A stretch of 64,000 nucleotides of DNA, from NCBI GenBank assembly GCA_045123695.1, contig JBGVKJ010000019.1, positions 204,805-268,804 on the forward strand, written 5' to 3'. Shown piece by piece: positions 27,298-37,457 of this stretch. Source of the DNA: Acutalibacteraceae bacterium. GTDB lineage: Bacteria; Bacillota; Clostridia; Oscillospirales; Acutalibacteraceae. Both the position numbers and the translations under genes were made by a program. Under the pieces are notes generated by a model. The model was not told the DNA's origin. It saw only the letters and a list, made by a program, of their open reading frames with translations, and did no database searches. Within the stretch, counting starts at the first letter, position 1. Each line of letters begins with the position of its first letter.

Positions 27298-29010
27298 TTA
27301 TTTCATCATTTCGCTGATGAGGTTTTTGATTGTTTCAACAACTTCGCCGATTTCTGTTTTCTGGCTGATTGTCTTATCTCTGCTTACAATTTCGCAAACG
27401 TTTTCTTTGAGGTTTCTCGGGCTTGCGATAATTCTCAGCGGTACACCGAGAAGGTCGGCATCGGAGAACATAAAGCCGGCGCTTACCTTACGGTCATCGT
27501 AAATAACCTCAACGCCTGCAGCCTGAAGCTCTTCGTAAAGCTTGTCAGCGCATTCCTTAGTTGCAGCATCATCTGAGCGTACGCAGCAGAGGTGTACCTG
27601 CCAGGGCGCAATTGACATCGGCCAGATGGGGCCGTAATTGTCGTGGTATGCCTCACATACGCTTGCGGCAAGTCTGCCTACACCGATACCGTAGCAACCC
27701 ATAATGGGGTACTGCTCCTGGCCGTTGCTGTCAAGGTAAGTCATACCCATTGACTTTGTGTATTTTGTGCCGAGCTGGAATATGTTACCAACCTCGATAC
27801 CTCTTGAAAGGTTTATGCTGTGCTTGCCGCACTGCGGGCAGATACCGCCGTCTTTAATAGCGGCAACGTCTGCGTATTCAACTTCACCAAGGTCACGCTC
27901 AATGTTGAAGCCTGTGTAGTGGTAGTCGAGCTTGTTTGCACCGCAGACGAGGTTTGTTGCACCCTTGAGTGAACCGTCAATAACAACAGTAACACGCTCG
28001 TCCATATTGTAAGGGCCGATGAAGCCTGCAATAATACCGCAGCCGTCTGTAATCTCTGCAGGGTGAATTTCACAGCCGACAGTGTTACGGAGCTTTGTCT
28101 CGTTGACCTCAAGGTCGCCTCTGACAAATGCAACAATGTATGTGTCGTCAGCGTTTCTCTGGTAAACAACAGCCTTGCAGGATTTTTCAGCAGTTGAGTT
28201 GAGGAAACCGCATACTTCTTCGATTGTGTGCATATCGGGTGTGTGAACAAGTGTAAGCTCTTCAAGTACTGCGTCAGCTTCGTTTTCAACGATGCAGGGT
28301 GCAGCTTCAATGTTTGCTCTGAAATCACACTCACTGCATACTGCAATGCTGTCTTCGCCTGCAGCTGTAAGGAGCATATATTCGTGGGAAACACTGCCGC
28401 CCATCATACCTGAGTCGGACTTAACGGTAACAACCTCGGGGATACCGCAGCGTGCGAAAATGCGGTTGTATGCTTCGTAGCAGCGGTCATAGTACTGCTC
28501 AAGGTCTTCCTGTGATGTATGGAATGAGTATGCATCCTTCATTGTAAATTCACGTACGCGGATAAGACCTGCTCTGGGTCTGCCCTCGTCACGGAACTTA
28601 GTCTGAATCTGGTATATCATAAAGGGGTATTTGTTGTAGCTGTTTGCATAGTCGCGAACAAGGTGAACGGCTGCCTCTTCGTGAGTCATACCGAGTACCA
28701 TTGGGCTCTTGTTTCTGTCGCTGAAGCGGAGAAGCTCACTGCCGATTGACTCGTATCTGCCGCTTTCTTCCCAAAGAGAAGCAGGCATAACAACGGGGAA
28801 CTGAACTTCCTGACCGTCGATTTTGTCCATCTCCTCACGGATGATGTTTTCAATCTTCTTTGTGATTCTGCGCATGGGCATATATGAAGAGTAGATGCCG
28901 TTTGCAACGTTTTTGATGTAGCCGCCTCTGACGGTGAGAGCGTGGCTTTCGATTATACAGTCTGACGGCTTTTCTTTAAATCTTTCGCCGACGAGTTTAT
29001 CGAGTTTCAT
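27298..29010 (-). CDS. proS: Proline--tRNA ligase (bacterial type with INS editing domain)
   Basis: 570 aa. Class II motifs (FRDEGRPRAGLIRVREFTMKDAYSF, GCYGIGVGR), an internal editing domain and a C-terminal anticodon-binding domain. Confidence 0.95.
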   Translation of the reverse strand: MKLDKLVGERFKEKPSDCIIESHALTVRGGYIKNVANGIYSSYMPMRRITKKIENIIREEMDKIDGQEVQFPVVMPASLWEESGRYESIGSELLRFSDRNKSPMVLGMTHEEAAVHLVRDYANSYNKYPFMIYQIQTKFRDEGRPRAGLIRVREFTMKDAYSFHTSQEDLEQYYDRCYEAYNRIFARCGIPEVVTVKSDSGMMGGSVSHEYMLLTAAGEDSIAVCSECDFRANIEAAPCIVENEADAVLEELTLVHTPDMHTIEEVCGFLNSTAEKSCKAVVYQRNADDTYIVAFVRGDLEVNETKLRNTVGCEIHPAEITDGCGIIAGFIGPYNMDERVTVVIDGSLKGATNLVCGANKLDYHYTGFNIERDLGEVEYADVAAIKDGGICPQCGKHSINLSRGIEVGNIFQLGTKYTKSMGMTYLDSNGQEQYPIMGCYGIGVGRLAASVCEAYHDNYGPIWPMSIAPWQVHLCCVRSDDAATKECADKLYEELQAAGVEVIYDDRKVSAGFMFSDADLLGVPLRIIASPRNLKENVCEIVSRDKTISQKTEIGEVVETIKNLISEMMK

Positions 29011-29086
29011 TTCAAAACCTCCAAAAGTAACTTCAAAATTACAACATCCCTTATTTTACCTTTATATTATAAAAAAGTCAACTTTA

Positions 29087-29130
29087 ATAATAAATAAAAC
29101 CCCGATTTGTAGAGTAGTACAAATCGGGGT
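29087..29130 (-). terminator. Rho-independent terminator for the 29154-30527 gene
   Basis: Stem ACCCCGATTTGTA pairs with TACAAATCGGGGT (29100-29130). On the minus strand it is followed by TTTTATTTATTATT. Confidence 0.75.
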
Positions 29131-29153
29131 TGATTTAAAGGGTCGGGTTTGTT

Positions 29154-30527
29154 TTAAAATGCGAAGTATTTCTCTCTCTGTCTCTTCATTCTGCCCTGAA
29201 TTGCCTTGAGCTGAGCTTTAGCATCCTCTTCGCCTGTGGCGTATCTCTTCATCAGCAGACCTTCTTCGTAGCAAAGTTCATCGTGAAGCGGGAAGAAGTT
29301 TTCGTAAAGGAAGCTTGCATAGCGTACAAGTCTGAAATCGCCGACCATACGGTATTCTGCGCTGATTGTATCAACTGCAACACTGTAATAATCCTTGATT
29401 GAGCTGATGATGCTTTCTCTTGTGTTTTCGGGTGCGAATACGATTGTAGAGCAGATAAAAGCGTTACGGTTGTTGAAACTGCTGTGGCTGTCGGTGCTGC
29501 CTACGATAGGTACTTTGTTACCCTTTGCACACTGGTCATAGTAGTAGATAGTCTGGAAGCCGTTTTGTGCAAAGTAGCTTTCACCGCCGAGTACTTCAAA
29601 TGCATCAAATGCTTTTTTCTCAAACAATGCGTCTGTAAGTGAATCCGGTACATGGAAAACATCTGCAATCCAATAAGGGTGAGCGAAAATGCTTAAGCCG
29701 TCTGCTTTTCGTACCTGTTCGGTAATCCATGTACAGCAGGCAAAGGGGAACCTCTCAACACCTTCGGGGATATCTAATGTTTCGGCATACTTATCAATAG
29801 TATCCCAGAATTCTTCTTTTGTCATTGTTTCAGGGCAGTTGCCGTCAATACTGCGTTTGCTCTTGTCATCGCCGACTTCTTCGATGTGTGAGCTTGCGGT
29901 TGTGAGTGCGTTGATGCTGTATTTACCGCCGAAGTTTACCATATGTACATCATTGGTATGGTGTGAATCACCCTGAGGCATATGTACTTCTTCACCGGGG
30001 ATGAGCGTATATTCGATGTCAACATCCTTGTATGCATCAATTGCTTCAAGTGAAGGATAATAACGTCGATGGTCTGTTATTGCAAGGAAATCATAGCCGT
30101 GTCTGCGATAGTTGGCGGCAACAACCGCAGGCGACTGACCGCCGTCTGAACGGAAGGTGTGCATGTGCAGGTCACCTGCAAAAGGATATCTGCCAACAAG
30201 GTCTTCGCTTACCGAGTAAACAGAAAACTGAAAATCCTTTCTAAGGTTGTCTTTGAGAATACGCACATAGTGCTCCTGCTCGCCTTTGAATACGTGCTTT
30301 ATGCGTATGCAACCGTCGGGGTCGGGTTTTACTTTGAATTCCTCTGTCGCAAGTGAAGTGTCGGGGAATGCCCAACGAGGACCCGTTGTAAGCGGAAGAA
30401 TTTCCATATAGTATTCGTCTTTTGTGAATGCTGCGTGTGCACCAAGGGGCTTGATTGTGATTTCAACCTCTTTGTCTTTCGGGAAAACCTTCGGGAATAC
30501 GTCGTAATCATGAAGCTCTTTTTTCAT
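29154..30527 (-). CDS. PHP-domain (CehA/McbA-like) metal-dependent phosphoesterase family protein
   Basis: GDLHMHTFRSDGGQSP...FLAITDHRRY and the later GSTDSHS His clusters typify the PHP fold. AAGGAGAG lies 6 nt before the ATG at 30527 (M12 of the track ORF). Confidence 0.6.
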   Translation of the reverse strand: MKKELHDYDVFPKVFPKDKEVEITIKPLGAHAAFTKDEYYMEILPLTTGPRWAFPDTSLATEEFKVKPDPDGCIRIKHVFKGEQEHYVRILKDNLRKDFQFSVYSVSEDLVGRYPFAGDLHMHTFRSDGGQSPAVVAANYRRHGYDFLAITDHRRYYPSLEAIDAYKDVDIEYTLIPGEEVHMPQGDSHHTNDVHMVNFGGKYSINALTTASSHIEEVGDDKSKRSIDGNCPETMTKEEFWDTIDKYAETLDIPEGVERFPFACCTWITEQVRKADGLSIFAHPYWIADVFHVPDSLTDALFEKKAFDAFEVLGGESYFAQNGFQTIYYYDQCAKGNKVPIVGSTDSHSSFNNRNAFICSTIVFAPENTRESIISSIKDYYSVAVDTISAEYRMVGDFRLVRYASFLYENFFPLHDELCYEEGLLMKRYATGEEDAKAQLKAIQGRMKRQREKYFAF

Positions 30528-30680
30528 TTTCAGCTCTCCTTTGAAATATCTGTTTTTCAATGCGCTATGCCTGGAGTCTGTTTTTATTTTACACTTGTCA
30601 AAACACTTATGTCAACATAAAATTGACATAAGTAAGGTGTTAATGATATAATTAATCATTCTTAATAAGGCGGTGAGATT

Positions 30681-31385
30681 TTGGAAGAAAGATATATGCG
30701 TACAGCTATGCTGATAGGCGAGAGCGGCGTAGATAAACTTAAGAATTCATCGGTACTGCTTTTCGGTGTAGGCGGTGTAGGTTCTTTTGCGGCAGAGGCT
30801 CTTGCTCGTGCGGGTGTAGGTCACATCGGCATTTGTGATAACGATACCGTTTCCGTTTCCAATATCAACCGCCAGCTTGTAGCATTAAACAGCACTGTTG
30901 GTAAACTTAAGGTTGACGTTATGCGTGAGCGTATTGCGGATATAAACCCCGATGCAAAGGTCAGCGTTTATCCTTGTTTTTATTCTGCTGAAACTGCAGG
31001 TGATTTCTGCTTTGAAGATTACGACTATATAATCGATGCAATCGATACCGTTACATCAAAGCTGTTGATTATAAAAACCGCGAAAGAAAAAAATATACCC
31101 GTTATCAGCTGTATGGGTACAGGTAACAAACTCGACCCGACCGCACTTACGGTAACCGATATTAAAAAGACGAGCGGCTGTCCGCTTGCACGTGTTATGA
31201 GGCGTGAACTCAAAAACCTCGGCATAAATTCGCTCAAGGTTGTTTTTTCAACCGAGCAGCCGATAAAGCCTCTTTTTCAGCCGGAGAATGAAGATAAGCG
31301 TTCAGTGCCGGGCAGTGTTTCGTTTGTACCGTCTGCCGCAGGATTGATTGCCGCAGGTGAGGTAATAAAAGAGCTGATTAAATAA
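30681..31385 (+). CDS. tcdA: tRNA threonylcarbamoyladenosine dehydratase (ThiF/MoeB-fold, TcdA/CsdL-like)
   Basis: LLFGVGGVGSFAAEALARAGVGHIGICDNDTVSVSNINRQ (Rossmann plus NRQ motif), 234 aa. The start is TTG 30681 or ATG 30696. Confidence 0.8.
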   Translation: MEERYMRTAMLIGESGVDKLKNSSVLLFGVGGVGSFAAEALARAGVGHIGICDNDTVSVSNINRQLVALNSTVGKLKVDVMRERIADINPDAKVSVYPCFYSAETAGDFCFEDYDYIIDAIDTVTSKLLIIKTAKEKNIPVISCMGTGNKLDPTALTVTDIKKTSGCPLARVMRRELKNLGINSLKVVFSTEQPIKPLFQPENEDKRSVPGSVSFVPSAAGLIAAGEVIKELIK

Positions 31386-31388
31386 ATT

Positions 31389-31427
31389 GAGTCCATTGAA
31401 GCGATTAAACTTCAATGGACTTTTTTA
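31389..31427 (+). terminator. Rho-independent terminator after tcdA, overlapping the 3' end of the convergent HAD gene
   Basis: Stem GAGTCCATTGAAG (31389-31401) pairs with CTTCAATGGAC (31410-31420), followed by TTTTTTA. Confidence 0.7.
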
Positions 31428-31998
31428 TTTCTTCAAAATCATTTCTGAATTGAACGGCTTTCATTCCTGCTTTTAATGCACCGTCAACATTGTCTGCTCT
31501 GTCATCAATAAACAGGCATTCTTCTGCTTTTAAGCTGTATTTTTCAAGCAGATGTTTATAAATTTTTATATCGGGCTTTACAGTGTGCACGTCTGCGGAA
31601 ACAACAACGCCGTCAAAAAAATCAAGGTTAAAATAACGGGGGAAGTAACTGTAAAAACTTTTGTGTGCGTTTGATAAAACGTAGACTCCGAAGCCGTTTG
31701 ATTTAACAAACTCACAGAAATCCTTTGCACCCTCAACAGGCACCATACACACGTCCCATCCGTCAATGCACTTGCGTAAATCTGTATGATATTCTTCGGG
31801 AATTCTTCGCTTTATGCTCTCGTAAGCTTCGTCAATGCTGATGTTGCCAAGGTCGAGTTGTACCCATTCGTTACCGCCGAAAAGCTCTTTCATAATAACG
31901 GGCTTTGCTTTTTCGTTTATACCCAGAATCTGCATTGCCGCATCGGGGTTGTAATCGAGCAATACGTTGCCCATATCAAAAATAATATTTTTTATCAT
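31405..31998 (-). CDS. HAD-superfamily hydrolase (subfamily IA-like)
   Basis: N-terminal IIFDMGNVLLDY (motif I), LSNA (motif II) and FIDDRADNV (motif IV). Its start overlaps the stop of the upstream PHP gene (ATGA). Confidence 0.75.
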   Translation of the reverse strand: MIKNIIFDMGNVLLDYNPDAAMQILGINEKAKPVIMKELFGGNEWVQLDLGNISIDEAYESIKRRIPEEYHTDLRKCIDGWDVCMVPVEGAKDFCEFVKSNGFGVYVLSNAHKSFYSYFPRYFNLDFFDGVVVSADVHTVKPDIKIYKHLLEKYSLKAEECLFIDDRADNVDGALKAGMKAVQFRNDFEEIKKSIEV

Positions 31999-32756
31999 AA
32001 AAGAAAGTTCTTTGTCCTCTCGATAAACTGTTTGGTGTCTATTCTGTCAAGGCTGTGTGCGTCTGTGCCTATATTGAAGTATACACCGACTTCTCTGCCG
32101 ATATTGTACATTCTTCTGCAGAATTCAGGGTAGCCTGCCATTGCGTTGAGGTTGAGCTCAAACGCTGTTTCGTGCTCTCTGCCGAGTGTCAGTAAGTCGC
32201 CGATTTCGTTGTCGCTGAAGCAGGAAGGTACACTGCCTTTTGCGAATCCTACATTAAGCCTTTTTGAATTTGTCAGGTATTCGTCGTGGAAAGGGTGGGC
32301 GATACAGTCTGCTCTGTCAGATTTGATAAGGTTTGTGAGAGTTTCGATAATATGATTTTTGTAGCCGACAGGGCTTGTGTCTTCGGGCTGAATCCATGTT
32401 GAAACGTGGTAGTGATTCTGTGCCCAGAGTCTGTAATCAAGCTCAATGTCATTATTAGGGTAATTGAAGTTATTGACACCGTAAGCTGAAAGCTCTGCAC
32501 CGATAAGCACACGTACAGGCGACTCTATGGTTTTAGCTTGCTCTTTGAGCTTGGAAAGGCTTACTCTGAACTCGTCTTCAGTGGCAGCCTGGACATGGTC
32601 GGTGATTGCTATCATCTCCAGACCGTTAAGCTCAGCAGTGTGTACGATATCGTTCAGTGTCATTTCTGGCTTTGCACAGCCTGAGAAAGAAGAATGTATA
32701 TGCAGATTCTGTCTGCAGAGTATATCTAAATCATAAGTAGGTTCGTGAAAATACAT
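31995..32756 (-). CDS. PHP-family phosphatase (histidinol-phosphatase-like)
   Basis: LHIHSSFSGC, AITDH, AHPFH and GTDAHS His/Asp clusters, 253 aa. Confidence 0.7.
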   Translation of the reverse strand: MYFHEPTYDLDILCRQNLHIHSSFSGCAKPEMTLNDIVHTAELNGLEMIAITDHVQAATEDEFRVSLSKLKEQAKTIESPVRVLIGAELSAYGVNNFNYPNNDIELDYRLWAQNHYHVSTWIQPEDTSPVGYKNHIIETLTNLIKSDRADCIAHPFHDEYLTNSKRLNVGFAKGSVPSCFSDNEIGDLLTLGREHETAFELNLNAMAGYPEFCRRMYNIGREVGVYFNIGTDAHSLDRIDTKQFIERTKNFLL

Positions 32757-32987
32757 AAGTGACTGCTCCTGTAAATAATGTTTTTAGCGGGCAATTCGTG
32801 AATCGCCCCTACAATAATAATCTTTAATTAACATATAATACCGTATTTTTCGGCAAAAATAAAGATAATATATTAAATTTATAAATTTTCTTTTAATTTC
32901 ATAAAAAGAACAATAATTTGACAAAGCTTAACTATAATCGCAATTGGACAGAGATTGTCTTATTTTGGCGAACAGGGAGGTTTCCTT

Positions 32988-34730
32988 ATGAGCTTTATGA
33001 ATATTGCCACGCTTTTCGGTGGCCTTGCGTTCTTCCTTTACGGTATGAATGTAATGGGCAATGCACTCGAGAAAAGTGCGGGTAATCAGCTCAAAACAAT
33101 ACTGGGTAAACTTACTTCAAACAAATTCAAGGGCTTTTTGCTCGGCCTGGCAGTAACGGCTGTTATTCAGTCGTCGTCTGCAACTACCGTTATGGTTGTC
33201 GGCTTTGTCAACTCTGGTGTTATGCAGCTTACTCAGGCTGTCGGCGTTATTATGGGTGCAAACCTCGGTACGTCGGTAACTTCCTGGATTCTCAGTTTAA
33301 CCGGAATCGAAAGTGACAATTTCTGGATTTCATTGTGTAAGCCTGCGACGTTTACACCTATACTTGCACTTATCGGTATTATTCTCAATATGTTTTCCAA
33401 AAAAGCAAAGCGCAAGGATATCGGAATAATCCTGCTTGGTTTTGCCGTGCTTATGTTTGGTATGGAGATAATGTCCGATGCTGTTGAGCCGCTCACAGAG
33501 CTTGAGTGGTTTAAAAATGCACTTGTTATGTTCAGCAATCCTGTGCTCGGTATGCTTATGGGTACTGTTGTTACCGCTGCTATTCAGTCTTCGTCCGCTT
33601 CTGTCGGTATTCTTCAGGCTCTTACACTTACGGGCAGTATCAACTATATGACCGCTGTTCCGATTATCATGGGTCAGAATATCGGTACCTGTGTAAGTGC
33701 TATTATTTCCTGCGCGGGTGCTAACAAAAACGCAAAGCGTGCCGCATTCATACATCTTTATTTCAACGTAATAGCAACGGTTATTTTACTTGCTGCTTTC
33801 TACGGTGTAACATCGTTTGTAAATATACCGATTCTTAACGAGGCAGCAAATCCCCTGGGTATAGCCGTTGTTCATACAGGCTTTAAGATTGTTGCACTTG
33901 CAATTCTCTTCCCGGCATCAAATCTTCTTGTCAAGCTTGCTAACCTTACTGTTAAGGATAAGGGTGAAGAAGAGAAGACCAAGCTTCTTGACGAGCGCCT
34001 TTTCAGCACACCTGCAGTTGCTGTTGAGCAGAGCCGCAAAGCTACTGCTACAATGGCACAGCTCAGCCGTGATACGTTACTTGATGCTATGCAGATGCTG
34101 GCTTCTTATGACGATAAAACAGCTGAAAATATACGCAAGGGTGAGAAAAAAGCAGACCTTTATGAGGATACTATCGGCGATTATCTTGTAAAACTCAGTG
34201 CGCGTGACCTCACAGATGAGGACAGCCGTGAGCTTACAATGCAGCTTCATCTTATAGGTGACCTTGAGCGTCTGAGTGACCACGCACTTAATATTCTTGA
34301 GTCTGCAGAAGAGCTTAAGGATAAGAAAATGTCATTCTCAGGTGCGGCACAGAAAGAAATGCAGAATATCGTTGCCGCCACAACACGTATTCTTGAGCTG
34401 TCTGTTAATGCTTTTGTAAATAATGACCTTGAAAGCGCAAAGCTCGTTGAGCCGCTTGAGCAGGTTATCGATGTGCTTAAAGAGGATATGAAGCACGGTC
34501 ATATTGAACGACTCCGTAAAAACGAGTGCACTATTGAGCAAGGCTTTGTTTTCAATGACCTTGTTACAAACCTTGAGCGTGTTTCCGACCACTGTTCAAA
34601 TATTGCAGCTTGCGTAATTGAGACAGCTCACGCAAGATTTGATATGCACAAGTTTGTAAGAAACCTCAAAAAAGATTCTGAGGAATTCGATGCAATGTAC
34701 AACAAATTCCTCAAAGAATATTCCGTATAA
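32988..34730 (+). CDS. Na/Pi-cotransporter family protein with C-terminal PhoU-like repeats
   Basis: Duplicated QSSSATTVM / QSSSASVGIL motifs in a polytopic N-terminal half, and two PhoU-like helical repeats (LERLSDHALNI, LERVSDHCSNIA). GGAGG lies 8 nt before the ATG at 32988. Confidence 0.85.
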   Translation: MSFMNIATLFGGLAFFLYGMNVMGNALEKSAGNQLKTILGKLTSNKFKGFLLGLAVTAVIQSSSATTVMVVGFVNSGVMQLTQAVGVIMGANLGTSVTSWILSLTGIESDNFWISLCKPATFTPILALIGIILNMFSKKAKRKDIGIILLGFAVLMFGMEIMSDAVEPLTELEWFKNALVMFSNPVLGMLMGTVVTAAIQSSSASVGILQALTLTGSINYMTAVPIIMGQNIGTCVSAIISCAGANKNAKRAAFIHLYFNVIATVILLAAFYGVTSFVNIPILNEAANPLGIAVVHTGFKIVALAILFPASNLLVKLANLTVKDKGEEEKTKLLDERLFSTPAVAVEQSRKATATMAQLSRDTLLDAMQMLASYDDKTAENIRKGEKKADLYEDTIGDYLVKLSARDLTDEDSRELTMQLHLIGDLERLSDHALNILESAEELKDKKMSFSGAAQKEMQNIVAATTRILELSVNAFVNNDLESAKLVEPLEQVIDVLKEDMKHGHIERLRKNECTIEQGFVFNDLVTNLERVSDHCSNIAACVIETAHARFDMHKFVRNLKKDSEEFDAMYNKFLKEYSV

Positions 34731-34734
34731 AGTT

Positions 34735-36021
34735 TTATACAATTATACCTTCACAGTCGTCATCAGTGGCGGCTGTGATTTTTATTTTGTAATAATTACC
34801 GCACTCTGCTCCGCTGAGTATTCTGACGGGCGTATAATTGGCGGTGTAACCCGTGCACACTCCGTTTTCATCTTTTGTTTCAGCAAGCACCTCAACAGTT
34901 TTGCCTATTTGTGCTTTCATAAAGTCAGCTCGTATTTCGTTTGTGAGAGCAATCATTTTATGTGCGCGCTCTTCTTTTGTTTTTCGGTCGAGCTGATTCG
35001 GGAATTCTGCGGCACGTGTACCTTTTCGCTGTGAGTAGGGGAATACGTGAACTTTTTCAAAACCTATCTTCTTGGCAAAGGCAAGTGATTTTTCAAATTC
35101 CTCTTCGGCTTCGCCTGCAAAACCTACCATAATATCGGTTGTAATTGTGCAGTCCGTAAAGCTTTCTCGCAGTTTGCAGCAGATTTTTTCATATTCTTCT
35201 GCGGTGTAATGTCTGTTCATTCTTTTCAGCGTTTCCGTGCAACCGCTCTGCAGTGAAATATGAAATTGCGGACAAAGCTTGGACTGTGCTTTAAGTGCGT
35301 TTATCATTTCATCCGTCATATGGTCGGGCTCGAGTGAGCCAAGTCTTACTCGGCGGATTTCGGGAGTTTCACATACGGCCGCTACAGCATCGGCGAGGGA
35401 AAGTGAACAGTCTGTGCCGTAGGATGAAAGGTTGATACCGACAAGTACTATTTCGGTGTATCCGTTTGCCGCAAGTGAAGCGGCTTCTTTTTTTATTTCA
35501 TCAAGCGGCTTTGAGCGGACTCTGCCTCTTGCATAGGGAATTATGCAGTAGGAGCAGAAACGGTTGCATCCGTCTTCAATTTTGATTGCCGCTCTTGTTC
35601 TTTCATCAAAGCTGCTGATACTGCACGGCACGAATTCATCACCTGTGCTGTGCTGAATTATATCCACACTGCGGTTGTGATTATTTAAATATTCCTTTAT
35701 CATTTTCGGAATATCTATATTGTTTTTGTTGCCTGCAACGATATCTGCTGCGTCAAGCTCGCTTGCAATCTGCGGATACGCCTGAGGCATACAGCCTGTA
35801 AGTACAACAACACTGTCGGGGTGAAGTCTTTTGAATCGCCTTACAGCCTGCCTCGTTTTTTTGTCGCTTTCTGCCGTAACCGTGCAGGAATTTATTATAT
35901 ATACGTCAGCATCTTCGCTTGAGGGTACAATCAGAAAACCCTCACGCATAAGAGCTTCGCTGAGAGCCTGGGTTTCGTATTGATTTACTTTACAGCCGAG
36001 TGTGTAAAAAGCCGCTTTCAT
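34735..36021 (-). CDS. mtaB: tRNA (t6A37) methylthiotransferase MtaB
   Basis: N-terminus FYTLGCKVNQYE, INSCTVT, radical SAM motif CNRFCSYCIIPYARG and a C-terminal TRAM region. It is a paralogue of miaB at 547. Confidence 0.9.
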   Translation of the reverse strand: MKAAFYTLGCKVNQYETQALSEALMREGFLIVPSSEDADVYIINSCTVTAESDKKTRQAVRRFKRLHPDSVVVLTGCMPQAYPQIASELDAADIVAGNKNNIDIPKMIKEYLNNHNRSVDIIQHSTGDEFVPCSISSFDERTRAAIKIEDGCNRFCSYCIIPYARGRVRSKPLDEIKKEAASLAANGYTEIVLVGINLSSYGTDCSLSLADAVAAVCETPEIRRVRLGSLEPDHMTDEMINALKAQSKLCPQFHISLQSGCTETLKRMNRHYTAEEYEKICCKLRESFTDCTITTDIMVGFAGEAEEEFEKSLAFAKKIGFEKVHVFPYSQRKGTRAAEFPNQLDRKTKEERAHKMIALTNEIRADFMKAQIGKTVEVLAETKDENGVCTGYTANYTPVRILSGAECGNYYKIKITAATDDDCEGIIV

Positions 36022-36149
36022 AGCTGTCTCCTTTGTTTTACTGTCACTAAAACTTAATTATACTCTAAATTTCAAGTTTACGCAATATTGTATTACTGTA
36101 ATTTATTTTTACGGATTTTCATAAATTTGAATGAAAGGGGAGATATGAA

Positions 36150-37331
36150 TTGAACAGAAAGCTGATGAAAGTGATTTCATTTTTGCTGTGTGTTGTGTGT
36201 GCTTTTTCTGTTTCGGCTGCAGCGGCAGAAGAAAAAAACACAGATTTTCCTGTTGCGGTGAATGCGAAATCTGCAATTCTTGTTGATGCTTCAAGCGGTC
36301 AGGTGCTTGCGGCTATGAATGAACACGAACGGCTTTATCCTGCATCCGTTACCAAAATTATGACGCTTCTGCTGGCTATGGAGGCGATTGATTCGGGTAA
36401 CCTCAATCTCAACGATACCGTTGTAACAAGCCCTACTGCAGCGGCCAAAGGCGGCTCGCAGATATGGCTTAAAGAGGGCGAGACGATGACTGTTGATGAG
36501 TTGCTGCGTGCTATTGCCATATACAGTGCAAACGATGCCTGCGAAGCTCTCGGTGAGCATATTGCAGGCAGTGAAGAAGCTCTTGTTGCAATGCTCAATA
36601 ACAGGGCTGCAGAGCTTGGTATGGAAAACACGCATTTTGACAACTGTACGGGTCTCGACGATACGAGCGATACGCACCTTACAACTGCCTATGATATAGC
36701 GCTTATGTCAGTTGAGCTTCTTAAACACGACCTGATAAGAAAATATACAACAGTCTGGATGGATTCACTTCGTGACGGGGCAACACAGCTTGTGAATACC
36801 AATAAGCTTATTCGTTTTTATGACGGTGCAACGGGGCTTAAAACAGGCACAACATCAAAAGCAGGCTGCTGTGTTTCAGCTTCGGCAGAGCGTAACGGTA
36901 CGCATCTCGTAGCTGTAATTATGGGCAGCCCTACAAGCGATGACCGATTCGGTGCGGCAAAAGCTCTGCTTAACTGGGGCTTTTTAAATTATGAGACCGT
37001 GACTCCCGTGCCCGATGCTTCGCTGATTACAGATGTAACGGTTATCGGAGGATATAAATCGTCATTCAGACCTGCTGTGAAGCCGCCGCAATCATTACTT
37101 CTCAAAAAGGGCAGTGCGGATAAGATTGAGCAGAGTGTACAGATTGCAACAGACGTGCAAGCTCCGGTTGCCGCAGGCGAAAGGGTGGGCACGTTAATGC
37201 TTAAACTTGACGGTGAAACTGTTGCCGAGTGCCCGATAATTTCAAGTGAAGAAATAAAAAAGCTGGACTTTATGGAAATTTTACGCCGACTTTTGTCTTC
37301 TTTTGCAAGCTTGACAAAAGATAAGGGGTAA
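36150..37331 (+). CDS. D-alanyl-D-alanine carboxypeptidase (serine-type, PBP5 family)
   Basis: Signal peptide, SxxK motif (PASVTKIM), SAND (SxN) and KTGTT (KTG). AAAGGGGAG lies 7 nt before the TTG at 36150. Confidence 0.88.
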   Translation: MNRKLMKVISFLLCVVCAFSVSAAAAEEKNTDFPVAVNAKSAILVDASSGQVLAAMNEHERLYPASVTKIMTLLLAMEAIDSGNLNLNDTVVTSPTAAAKGGSQIWLKEGETMTVDELLRAIAIYSANDACEALGEHIAGSEEALVAMLNNRAAELGMENTHFDNCTGLDDTSDTHLTTAYDIALMSVELLKHDLIRKYTTVWMDSLRDGATQLVNTNKLIRFYDGATGLKTGTTSKAGCCVSASAERNGTHLVAVIMGSPTSDDRFGAAKALLNWGFLNYETVTPVPDASLITDVTVIGGYKSSFRPAVKPPQSLLLKKGSADKIEQSVQIATDVQAPVAAGERVGTLMLKLDGETVAECPIISSEEIKKLDFMEILRRLLSSFASLTKDKG

Positions 37332-37457
37332 ACACAGCAAAAAAATATTAAAAATGTTAAAAAAATTACCGTTTTTGTATTGCAATAAAAAACTTTTTCG
37401 GTTAAAATAAACAGTAATAATATACTAATTCTAAGGAGAGTCGGCATTATACGCAAA

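Noticed and set aside
27813-28394. 193-aa Thr/Ser/Leu-rich ORF inside proS, same strand but a different frame
   Set aside because: It is an alternative frame of a confidently identified essential gene, it is low-complexity, and it has no start signals.
29011-29153. Possible T-box leader upstream of proS
   Set aside because: Only about 140 nt are available, and most of that is occupied by the terminator of the upstream gene. I find no specifier-loop or T-box (AAUUAGGGUGGNACCGCG-like) sequence.
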